Shown piece by piece: positions 8,213-16,113 of a DNA stretch of 36,477 nt (its first letter is position 1; every line of letters starts with the position of its first letter). This DNA comes from Myxococcota bacterium (GTDB taxonomy: Bacteria > Myxococcota > UBA4151), in contig JBDQPD010000028.1 of the NCBI GenBank assembly GCA_040260805.1, positions 1 through 36,477 on the forward strand. Reading direction: 5' to 3'. The notes under the pieces are model-generated. The model had not been told where the DNA came from and did not search any database. It was given only the letters and a program-made list of their open reading frames with translations. The position numbers and the translations under genes are program-made.

Positions 8213-10389
8213 CCGGGCAGTCGGCGTCGTCGCCTAAGCCCTACGAGCCCAATAAGCCACAGCGCATCGAGTCCGCCAAAGCCTGAGCAGCTGCAGCCCG
8301 CTCCCGGGGTGACTTGATTCGGACAGCTCGGGTGCCGCCCGTCGAGCGTTCGGCAGGTCACCGGCGCGCAGTCTGTCGAGCACGCTTCAAGCGTCGCGTT
8401 GGTGTTCTCCTCGCCGTCATCGCAGACCTCAAAGCCGCTGTCGCCTTCGGATACGTCATCGCGCACGACGCCGTCGCCGCAGCTCGCGAGCACGCAGCTG
8501 TTTCTGCAGCCATCGGTGTCGGCGTCGTTGGCGTCGTCACAGGCCTCAAAGCCCTCATCGCCCTGCGCTAAGTCGGTGCGCGTGACGCCGTCGCCGCACA
8601 CCCCAGCCGTGCAGTCTGCGCGGCAGCCGTCGGTGTCGGCGGTGTTGCCGTCATCGCAGCCCTCAACGCCGGCTTGCACAAAGCCGTCGCCGCAGGCGGC
8701 GAGCACGCAGCCCTCAACGCAGGTGTCGACGTCGGAGGTGTTGCCGTCGTCGCAGGCTTCGACGCCGGCTTGGACAAAGCCGTCGCCGCAGCGAGCCGGT
8801 GCGCAGTCGGCGCAGCCGTCGGTGTTGTCGGCGTTGCCGTCATCGCAGGCCTCAAAGTCTGGGTCGTCCTCGCCGACGTCGGCGCGCACCACCCCGTCGC
8901 CGCATTGCGCCGGCTGGCACACGTTGGTGCATTCGTCTTCGTTGATCTCGTTGCCGTCATCGCAGCCCTCGATGCCAATAAACACCGCGCCGTCACCGCA
9001 TCGAGCCGGCTGGCACTCGGCGGTGCAGGCGTCACTGTCGACCGGGTTGCCGTCATCGCAGAGCTCGTCATCGGTGTGGACAAAGCCGTCGCCGCAGGCA
9101 GACGCTACGCAGCCCTCGACGCAGTCGTCGTTGTTGTCCTCGTTGCCGTCATCGCAGGCTTCATAGCCTTCGGCGCCAGCCTCTAAGTCGGCGCGCAGCA
9201 CGCCATCGCCGCAGCTCGCCAGCCGGCAGCTCGTCAAGCAGCCGTCCTCGTTGACCTCGTTGCCGTCGTCGCAAGCCTCATAGCCGGCTTCATCAGGCCC
9301 CAAGTCGGTGCGCCGAACGCCGTCGCCGCAGCGCGCCGCGATGCACTGGTCGGTGCAGCCGTCGTTGCCGAGGTCGTTGCCGTCATCGCAGCTCTCAAAA
9401 CCCTCCTCGCCTTGAGCGATGTCTTGGCGGGTGATCCCGTCGCCGCAGGTGGCGGTTGCGCAGGTGTTGGTGCAGCCGTCTTCATCGACCTGGTTGGCGT
9501 CGTCGCAAGCCTCAAAGCCTTCGTCGCCTTGCGCAAGGTCGTCGCGCACGATCCCGTCGCCGCACGCCGCCACGCTGCAGTCGTTTCGGCAGGCGTCGGT
9601 GTCGACCTCGTTGCCGTCATCACAGCCTTCGTTGGTGTCGACGTGTTCGTTGCCGCAGGCGCGGTTGAGGCATGAGTTCGGGCAGTCGTCGTCGTTGTCT
9701 CGGTTGCCGTCGTCGCAGTCTTCGCCGTCCTCTTCGTTGACCACGCCGTTGCCGCAGTTCGACGAGTTACCCCACAGCAAGGTGTCGCTCATGACTGTCG
9801 AGCCGCCCTGGCTGATGGTTGCGCCGGCCATCGCGTTGTCGTTGCAGTAAAAGAACAAGGCGATCGGCTCATCGGTCTCTAGGCCGATGAATTGCGAATC
9901 CCGAGTGGGGGTCCACTGCACTTGTCCAATCAGTCCGCCGTCTTCGTTAAAGGCGACCAAATACTGAGTGCCATTGCTGCCCGCGGTCAGGCCAATCTGC
10001 GTGACCGGGCGATCAAAAGTGCCGACCGGACAAAACCATACATTGTTGCCATCGCCGACACCGCCGGCGCCAGGGTTTGGAAAGTAGTTTCCCGGATTAG
10101 GTCGACACATAAGCCGTGAGAGGTTGCCGTTCACCAGCTGGTTTTGACCTCGGTTTAGACCGGGCCGGATCTGTTGCAGCTGCCCGTTGTGCAGCGTCAG
10201 ACCATCCGCCGCGTAGGTGTTGTTTTGCTGCCCGTTGCCGCAGTAGGCGGTCCAGTCTGCGGTGCCTATATGCTGCCCCTGCAGGATCGAGTCGGCGTGA
10301 TTTAAGACGCGCACATCACCTTGCGCTGTGAGGTTTCCAGCATAGGCGGGGCTGGCGATCAAAATCAGGGTCAGAGCGGCTAAACGCAT
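8209..10389 (-). CDS. Cell-surface protein: signal peptide, N-terminal beta-sandwich-like head, 13 Myxococcus Cys-rich repeats and a MYXO-CTERM-like sorting signal
   Basis: Start ATG 10389 with a GGAG RBS (MRLAALTLILIASPAYA). The C-terminus GAGCSCSGFGGLDALWLIGLVGLRRRRRLPG has the Cys motif, hydrophobic helix and poly-Arg of MYXO-CTERM. Confidence 0.88.
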   Translation of the reverse strand: MRLAALTLILIASPAYAGNLTAQGDVRVLNHADSILQGQHIGTADWTAYCGNGQQNNTYAADGLTLHNGQLQQIRPGLNRGQNQLVNGNLSRLMCRPNPGNYFPNPGAGGVGDGNNVWFCPVGTFDRPVTQIGLTAGSNGTQYLVAFNEDGGLIGQVQWTPTRDSQFIGLETDEPIALFFYCNDNAMAGATISQGGSTVMSDTLLWGNSSNCGNGVVNEEDGEDCDDGNRDNDDDCPNSCLNRACGNEHVDTNEGCDDGNEVDTDACRNDCSVAACGDGIVRDDLAQGDEGFEACDDANQVDEDGCTNTCATATCGDGITRQDIAQGEEGFESCDDGNDLGNDGCTDQCIAARCGDGVRRTDLGPDEAGYEACDDGNEVNEDGCLTSCRLASCGDGVLRADLEAGAEGYEACDDGNEDNNDDCVEGCVASACGDGFVHTDDELCDDGNPVDSDACTAECQPARCGDGAVFIGIEGCDDGNEINEDECTNVCQPAQCGDGVVRADVGEDDPDFEACDDGNADNTDGCADCAPARCGDGFVQAGVEACDDGNTSDVDTCVEGCVLAACGDGFVQAGVEGCDDGNTADTDGCRADCTAGVCGDGVTRTDLAQGDEGFEACDDANDADTDGCRNSCVLASCGDGVVRDDVSEGDSGFEVCDDGEENTNATLEACSTDCAPVTCRTLDGRHPSCPNQVTPGAGCSCSGFGGLDALWLIGLVGLRRRRRLPG

Positions 10390-10442
10390 CGCATACTCCA
10401 TAGGTTGCGAGTCGTCAGCCTAGCTCAAACTCAGGGTCGTTC

Positions 10443-11435
10443 CTAGGCGTCTAAGCCTTGCTCGATGCGGTCATACTGAGACTGGGTGTAAAATTGCTTC
10501 ACCCACTTTCTAAAAATACCGATCGGCCCGTCGCCATCGCAGAGCACGGGGGGAGCGATGTAGATCTTGTTCTCCCAGATCGGGATGTCTTGCTCGAGCT
10601 CGCGCTCGACCGCGGCGCGAAACTTCGATGAGACCATCTCGAGCATGCTCGGATCGTCAATTTTTGATCCGCCTAAGGTTTTGCGAAGCATAAAGTTGAA
10701 GCGGACGTGAACATACTCACCATCGATCGGCGTTGACGACGAGACCAGGCAGGTCTCGGCGATGCCGTAAAATCGAGTTTGGGTGTAGCCAAAGCCGTAC
10801 AGATCCGAGGTGATCTTTCCTTCGATCGGCATGCCTTTATAGGTCATCAGCGCCGGACTTTTCATGTGCAGGATGTGGTCCTCACGCTCGGCTTGTGTGG
10901 GCGGAATGTTTTGCGTGCCGTGCAGGTAATGAAAATGTGCAGAGTCCACGGCATTCTCTGCCATCTCTTGGTTGTGGGTTCGGATCGTCCACTCTTTGCG
11001 GGTGTAATCGGTCCACTCCGGATGCCCGTATTCTGGCGTGGGGGGTGGGTCCCAGCTCGGCGGGTCGCCGTCAGGGTGATGCCAGGCGAGGATCAGCCCG
11101 CTGCATTCGACCACTGGCCAGGCCTTGATCTGCGCTCGCTTGGGTTGGCGCTCAGCGTAGGGCACGTCCGTGCACGCTCCTGAGCAGTCAAAAGCCCACG
11201 CATGGAAAGGGCAAACCACTGAATTGCCCTTCACCGTTCCGCCGTGTCCGAGGTGCGCTCCGAGGTGCGGGCAGTAGGCGTCGAGCAGCCCGACCTTTTC
11301 ATCTTCGCCGCGAAAGAGCACCAAATGCTGACCGAAATAATGAAGAGGAACGACGTCACCGACGTTTAGATCCTCAGCGTAGGCAACTTGAAACCACCCG
11401 ACGGGGAACGAAGGCATGGGAAATCGACGAGCCAT
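10443..11435 (-). CDS. Rieske [2Fe-2S] non-heme iron oxygenase, KshA (3-ketosteroid 9-alpha-hydroxylase)/Neverland (cholesterol 7-desaturase)-like
   Basis: Rieske ligands CPHLG...CPFH, mononuclear iron motif ENAVDSAHFHYLH, and C-terminal DIPIWENK..PVLCDGDGPI..FRKWVKQFY typical of the KshA/Nvd group. Start ATG 11435 with a GGAGAG RBS. Confidence 0.85.
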   Translation of the reverse strand: MARRFPMPSFPVGWFQVAYAEDLNVGDVVPLHYFGQHLVLFRGEDEKVGLLDAYCPHLGAHLGHGGTVKGNSVVCPFHAWAFDCSGACTDVPYAERQPKRAQIKAWPVVECSGLILAWHHPDGDPPSWDPPPTPEYGHPEWTDYTRKEWTIRTHNQEMAENAVDSAHFHYLHGTQNIPPTQAEREDHILHMKSPALMTYKGMPIEGKITSDLYGFGYTQTRFYGIAETCLVSSSTPIDGEYVHVRFNFMLRKTLGGSKIDDPSMLEMVSSKFRAAVERELEQDIPIWENKIYIAPPVLCDGDGPIGIFRKWVKQFYTQSQYDRIEQGLDA

Positions 11436-11480
11436 AGTCTCTCCGCGCAATGTCCGATCACGGACGCTCTGTGTTTAAAC

Positions 11481-11494
11481 TAGAACACGTTCTA
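11481..11494. promoter_or_regulatory. KstR-like operator 3 (TAGAACACGTTCTA)
   Basis: Perfect-arm palindrome AACTAGAAC-AC-GTTCTAGTT (11478-11497) matching TnnAACnnGTTnnA, between the divergent Rieske oxygenase and START genes. Confidence 0.75.
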
Positions 11495-11511
11495 GTTGTG
11501 GGAGGCAAGGG

Positions 11512-12078
11512 ATGAAGATCGGTCTATGCCTCGCCGCGCTCACCTGTCTGGGCGTCCCGATCGAGGCGCTGGCATCGGACAGCCTTCACGCGCGGATGAT
11601 GCGCGGCGAGAAGGTCATTAAGGTGATCCCGGTCAAGGGATACAAAGCCCCGAAGTTGACTATCGATCTGCTCGTTGATGTGTCGCTCGCCAAGCTCACC
11701 AAGGTGGTGGGCGCTTGCGAGAAGTATCAAGGCATCATCCCCCGAGTGCAGAAGGTCGTGCTGCACAAAGCCGGCCCGCCGAACCATGTCTGTGAGCTCT
11801 TCCTCGACATGCCATTTCCTTTTGATGACGTGCGCTCAACGATCGCCTTTACGGGTAAGATGACCCCCAAAGAGACGCTGCTAAAATACCGTCAGATCAA
11901 AGGCGACTACCGTCTGCATGACGGCATGTGGCACCTGCGCGCCCAAGGACAAAAGACGCATATTCATTACAGTTTGCACATCGACCTGGGTAAGCCATTG
12001 CCCAAATGGGTGATCAACATCTTTACTAAGGATGCGCTGCGCGAGACCGTCACCAAGGTGACTGAGCGCGCCCGCTAG
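11512..12078 (+). CDS. Exported SRPBCC/START (polyketide-cyclase-like) lipid-binding domain protein
   Basis: GGAGG RBS and a signal peptide ending IEALA. The pattern Y..IIPRV...LDMPFPF...GDY...DGMWHL...THIHY.LHIDLG..LPKWVIN fits a helix-grip fold. Confidence 0.7.
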   Translation: MKIGLCLAALTCLGVPIEALASDSLHARMMRGEKVIKVIPVKGYKAPKLTIDLLVDVSLAKLTKVVGACEKYQGIIPRVQKVVLHKAGPPNHVCELFLDMPFPFDDVRSTIAFTGKMTPKETLLKYRQIKGDYRLHDGMWHLRAQGQKTHIHYSLHIDLGKPLPKWVINIFTKDALRETVTKVTERAR

Positions 12079-13001
12079 TCGACCTTAAATCGGGTCAACA
12101 TCGGACGCATGAACTCGACCCGCCCACGCACGCCCTCGGCGTAGAGTTTTTGAACCTGCACCGAGAGGTTTCCTGGCCTGCCGGTTCCGATCGGGCGCCG
12201 GTCCACTTCGCGTACCGGCGTAATCTCTGCGGCTGTTCCGGTCATAAAGACTTCATCAGCGACATAAAGCGCATCGCGACCAAATAAGGTCTCATCGACC
12301 ATAACGCCGAGGTGATCGAGAATCTCGATCGCCGTTCGCCGCGTAATCCCAGCCAAAATATTGGTGACTGACGGCGTCTTCACGATGCCATTTTTAATGG
12401 CGAAGATATTTTCGCCCGTACCTTCAGCGACGAGACCGTGCGCATCGAGCATGATCGCTTCGTCAAAACCGTTATCGTTGGCTTCGTAGCGTGCCAGGAT
12501 GGAGTTGACGTAATGACCCACCACTTTGGCGCGTTGTAGCGTCGAGCCCACCGCGTGCCGTGCAAAGCTTGAGGTGCACGCTCGGATGCCGTTTTCCATA
12601 CCGTCTGCGCCGAGGTAGGCGCCCCATTTCCACACGGCAATGGCCACGTGGACTTCATTGCCGCGTGCGCCCAAGCCCATAGCCCCAGAGCCGAGGTAGA
12701 CCAGCGGGCGGATATAGGCCTCGGTCATGCCGTTGCGCGTCAAGGTCTCAAGGCAGGCAGCCCGCAAAGTGTCTTTGCTGTGCGGGATCGCAATGTGGCA
12801 CATTTTTGCCGAATCATAGAGCCGGTCAAGGTGCTCATCGAGCCTAAAGACTGCGCCGCTGCCGTCGTCGAGGGTGTAGGCACGAATCCCCTCGAACAGG
12901 CCAAGGCCGTAGTGAAGGGTGTGGGACAAGACATGGATATTGGCTTCGTCGAAGGGGACGAACTCGCCATCCATCCAGATTTCACGTGAGCGAATAGACA
13001 C
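12075..13001 (-). CDS. ilvE: Branched-chain amino acid aminotransferase
   Basis: IWMDGEFV, HTLHYGLGLFEGIRAY, AKVVGHYVNS (PLP lysine), EGTGENIF, LAGITR and FMTGTAAEITP. GTG start at 13001 with a GGAGG RBS. Confidence 0.95.
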   Translation of the reverse strand: MSIRSREIWMDGEFVPFDEANIHVLSHTLHYGLGLFEGIRAYTLDDGSGAVFRLDEHLDRLYDSAKMCHIAIPHSKDTLRAACLETLTRNGMTEAYIRPLVYLGSGAMGLGARGNEVHVAIAVWKWGAYLGADGMENGIRACTSSFARHAVGSTLQRAKVVGHYVNSILARYEANDNGFDEAIMLDAHGLVAEGTGENIFAIKNGIVKTPSVTNILAGITRRTAIEILDHLGVMVDETLFGRDALYVADEVFMTGTAAEITPVREVDRRPIGTGRPGNLSVQVQKLYAEGVRGRVEFMRPMLTRFKVD

Positions 13002-13121
13002 ACAAACCTCCCAATGCGGCGGCACAGTCGGTCAAAGGGTCCTTCTCGGCAAGGCCGATCGTGCGTTAGTGAATTGCCGCCGCTCCTGAGCTAGTCTGCT
13101 TCGGGGCACAAGGGGAGTCGT

Positions 13122-15107
13122 ATGAAGCGCACGTTGATCGCCGTCTTAGCACTAACAGCTTGCTCGAGTGAGCCTGAGCTCGACCCCTTGGTCTTTGCTG
13201 AGGGCTGCCAGCCACTTTTTGCCGGTGAAGAGTGCTTTATGCCGTACCCGAGTGATTTCTACTTGGTGGCGGACGGCAGCCAGCCCTCGGGTCAGCGGGT
13301 CGAGATCACGGGCGCAGCCAACGTCTACAGTGACCAACTACAAAACGTCGACTCGGGAACCTATCAGGCTCAAGATGGGTTCTCACGCAACCCGACGATC
13401 ATCTTTTCGTTGCTCGCCGAAACTGACGGCGAGGGTTTGATTCGTTTAGACGGAGACTACGAAGCGAGCCGCCAGCCGAGTACAAGCGCCACGGTGTTGA
13501 TCGAAGCCGGTACCGGAAGGCGCATCGCTCACTTTGTCGACATCGACCCGCTCGCCAGCCAAGAGGACCGTCGAAGCTTGATGATCCGACCCCTCGAGGA
13601 GCTGCTTCCCCAGACCCGTTATATTGTGGGGGTTCATGGCTTGTCAGGACCTTCTGGGTTGCTGCCCGTGCCGGAGGGCTTTCGCCGACTTCGTGACCAG
13701 CAGAGCGCTCAGGACCCCTCGCTCAATGAGCGCCAGAGTCGATTCGATGACGAGGTTTTTGCGCCGCTTGTGAGCGCAGGATTCGATCGCTCGTCGCTGC
13801 AGTTGGCATGGGACTTTACCACCGCCAGCGATGAGAGTGTGACCGCCGATATGCTGCGCATTCGAGACCTGACGATGCAGTGGCTGCAGACGCAGAGCCC
13901 ATCGATTGAGGTCACCGAGGTGCGCGAGTTTCGTAACGATGACCGCGGGGTGTGGCGCTACGTCTACGGCAAGATCACCGGCCCTCGCTTCTTAGCGTCG
14001 AGCGAGCTTGGCGCAATGCTCAACAAACCCGCCGGTCAAGTCGAGCAAAACGGGGAGTTTGAATTCTCGTTTATAGCGATGGTTCCGAGCGCACTGAAAA
14101 CCCACTACGGTCCAGGCCGAGTGATCGGTTACGGCCACGGATTCTTTGGCTCGTACCGTGAGGTCCAAGCTGGCTCTGTGACGGACATTGCGAACCACCT
14201 CAAGGCGGTGGTCGTGGGGATCCCTTGGTCGGGTATGACCGAGGTCGACGCCGCTATTTTGGTCGGTGATATGGTGGATGAACCGGCAAAGATGATCCGC
14301 TTTGGTGAGCGAGTTCATCAGGCACAAGCCAACTGGATCGTCACCTCACATGCCGTTAAGAACCAGCTCTTTGGGCTGCCTGAGATGCAGCGACCACAAG
14401 CCGAAGATGGCGTGGGCGTCTTGACCAATGACGAAGGTCAAACCAACGCCGGACAGCCCTTCTACGACCCCAGCTGGATGGGCTTTCTAGGGATCAGCCA
14501 AGGCCATATTTTAGGCGGCACGCTAGCGGCGCTTAATCCCGACATTGATCGGCTTGCGCTGAACGTGGGCGGCTGCGCGTTTACTCATATGATGAGTCGC
14601 TCAGCGAACTTTAGTTACTACCTGATGTTGATCGAAACGCTGACGTTAACCGACCCCTTTGAGCGGCAAAAGATGTTGGCGATGATGCAACCTATTTTCG
14701 ATCGCTTTGATCCGGCGATCTACGCCAAGTACGTGCTGCGAGAGCCCCTGCCGGGCAGCCCCCCAGATCGACGCATTTTGATGCAAACGGGCTTCGCCGA
14801 CCCGCAGGTTCCCGACTTCACCGCGCAGCTTCATGCGCGGCTCCTAGGGATCCCTCTTCTTGAGCCCAGTCCCGAGGCGATTTGGGGTCTCGAGACGGTG
14901 CAATCACCAGCACCGGCGAGCGCGTATACCTACCATAAATACGACGTCGATGCGTCCTTTAGACAGACCGCTAAGCCCACCGATGTGAGCAACCAAGTTC
15001 ACGAGGGGATTCGACGTTTAGAGGTGACTAAAGAGCAGCTTGATGTGTTCCTAAGGCCTGGCGGTGTGATTGAGCATCGTTGCGATGGCCCTTGCGATCC
15101 GGACTGA
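13122..15107 (+). CDS. Large alpha/beta-hydrolase (lipase/esterase-like) lipoprotein with an N-terminal Ig-like region
   Basis: GGGGAG RBS, lipobox ALTAC, PYPSDFY/DGFS N-terminal motifs, YGHGFFG, nucleophile GISQG, candidate Asp (DPQVP) and His (VHEGIR). Confidence 0.8.
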   Translation: MKRTLIAVLALTACSSEPELDPLVFAEGCQPLFAGEECFMPYPSDFYLVADGSQPSGQRVEITGAANVYSDQLQNVDSGTYQAQDGFSRNPTIIFSLLAETDGEGLIRLDGDYEASRQPSTSATVLIEAGTGRRIAHFVDIDPLASQEDRRSLMIRPLEELLPQTRYIVGVHGLSGPSGLLPVPEGFRRLRDQQSAQDPSLNERQSRFDDEVFAPLVSAGFDRSSLQLAWDFTTASDESVTADMLRIRDLTMQWLQTQSPSIEVTEVREFRNDDRGVWRYVYGKITGPRFLASSELGAMLNKPAGQVEQNGEFEFSFIAMVPSALKTHYGPGRVIGYGHGFFGSYREVQAGSVTDIANHLKAVVVGIPWSGMTEVDAAILVGDMVDEPAKMIRFGERVHQAQANWIVTSHAVKNQLFGLPEMQRPQAEDGVGVLTNDEGQTNAGQPFYDPSWMGFLGISQGHILGGTLAALNPDIDRLALNVGGCAFTHMMSRSANFSYYLMLIETLTLTDPFERQKMLAMMQPIFDRFDPAIYAKYVLREPLPGSPPDRRILMQTGFADPQVPDFTAQLHARLLGIPLLEPSPEAIWGLETVQSPAPASAYTYHKYDVDASFRQTAKPTDVSNQVHEGIRRLEVTKEQLDVFLRPGGVIEHRCDGPCDPD

Positions 15108-15111
15108 CCCG

Positions 15112-16113
15112 ATGCGCTTTGTGGCTTTGCTTAGCTTGATCTGGATCGGCTGCTCATCGACCGAGCAGCCCACACCGGTCGATGCCGCGGGTGGCGTACT
15201 CGATGCCGGCGCGCCCGCTGTAACCCTGGACGCAGCAGCTCAGGATGCGGCTCAGATTGAGCCTGCTGACGCGGGCAGCCCAGCCGACGCGAGCTCGCCG
15301 CAAGATGCCCAGTTGATCGCCGACGCGGGCATGGATTGTATGAGCATGGCACCAGGCTATGCCAAGCAGATCTGTTTGAAGCCTTGGATCCAAGACCTGA
15401 CGCGCCGGGATGGAGCGGCGGACGCCTTATGCGCTGCCGAGGACTTACTCGAGAGCGGTCAAGTCAGCGATTGCCATCTGCTCGCTCATTTTGTCGGGGA
15501 GGTGGTCTTTGAGCAAAATGACCGTGACCCGGCTCGAAGCTTGGTTGCGTGCCCGGCGACCTGCCTGTCCGGCTGCGGGCATCAGGTGATGCAAGAGCTC
15601 GTCGAGGTGCGCGATCTCAACACGGTTTTTCGTGAGCAAGGCAGCGACGCCGTCGATCAAGAGCTTCGTGCGCTGGTCGGCGTATGCCGAGCCTACGAGG
15701 GGGACAACTTTGACCGGTTCATCCTCTGCGTTCATGGCATTGGACACGGCTTACTGAGCAGCGGATTTTTGAGCCCGCTCGAAGCGGCTCAGCTCTGCGA
15801 TGAAGAGCTTGGGCTTGAGGGGATCTCCTGCGCAGCCGGCGTCTTTATGGAGCACACCAGCCGCTATCTCCGCCTTGAAGAAGACCAATTGCTTGAGACC
15901 CTGCCGACCATTTGCGCGTTGGGTGGCTCAGATTGGGAAGACCTGTGCTGGCGGAATGTGGGCGAAGCGCTGATGTGGTTCTACGGACACCAGCTTGAAG
16001 CTGCGACCGCAGCGTGCAACCGATTGTCGGGTGAGGACCCGATCAAAGCATGCTCCGAAGGCGCCGAGGTCGAGGCGGGCGTTGCCGAGATGCAGCAGGG
16101 CACTTGCCCTTAG
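15112..16113 (+). CDS. Uncharacterized lipoprotein with repeated C-x-H/HG Cys-His helical motifs
   Basis: Start ATG 15112, lipobox IWIGC and a DAG-rich linker. Motifs CHLLAHFVGE, CLSGCGHQVM, CVHGIGHGL, CAAGVFME and CWRNVGE. Confidence 0.75.
   Translation: MRFVALLSLIWIGCSSTEQPTPVDAAGGVLDAGAPAVTLDAAAQDAAQIEPADAGSPADASSPQDAQLIADAGMDCMSMAPGYAKQICLKPWIQDLTRRDGAADALCAAEDLLESGQVSDCHLLAHFVGEVVFEQNDRDPARSLVACPATCLSGCGHQVMQELVEVRDLNTVFREQGSDAVDQELRALVGVCRAYEGDNFDRFILCVHGIGHGLLSSGFLSPLEAAQLCDEELGLEGISCAAGVFMEHTSRYLRLEEDQLLETLPTICALGGSDWEDLCWRNVGEALMWFYGHQLEAATAACNRLSGEDPIKACSEGAEVEAGVAEMQQGTCP

Noticed and set aside
8314..9850. Long plus-strand ORFs (e.g. 8399-9166, 9419-9850) and similar ORFs antisense to other repeat genes
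   Set aside because: These are low-complexity shadow frames of the Cys-repeat genes, with no RBS or domain signal.
8209..10389. Calling this gene traA
   Set aside because: The repeat type differs, no PA14-like head is evident and there is no adjacent traB/OmpA gene.
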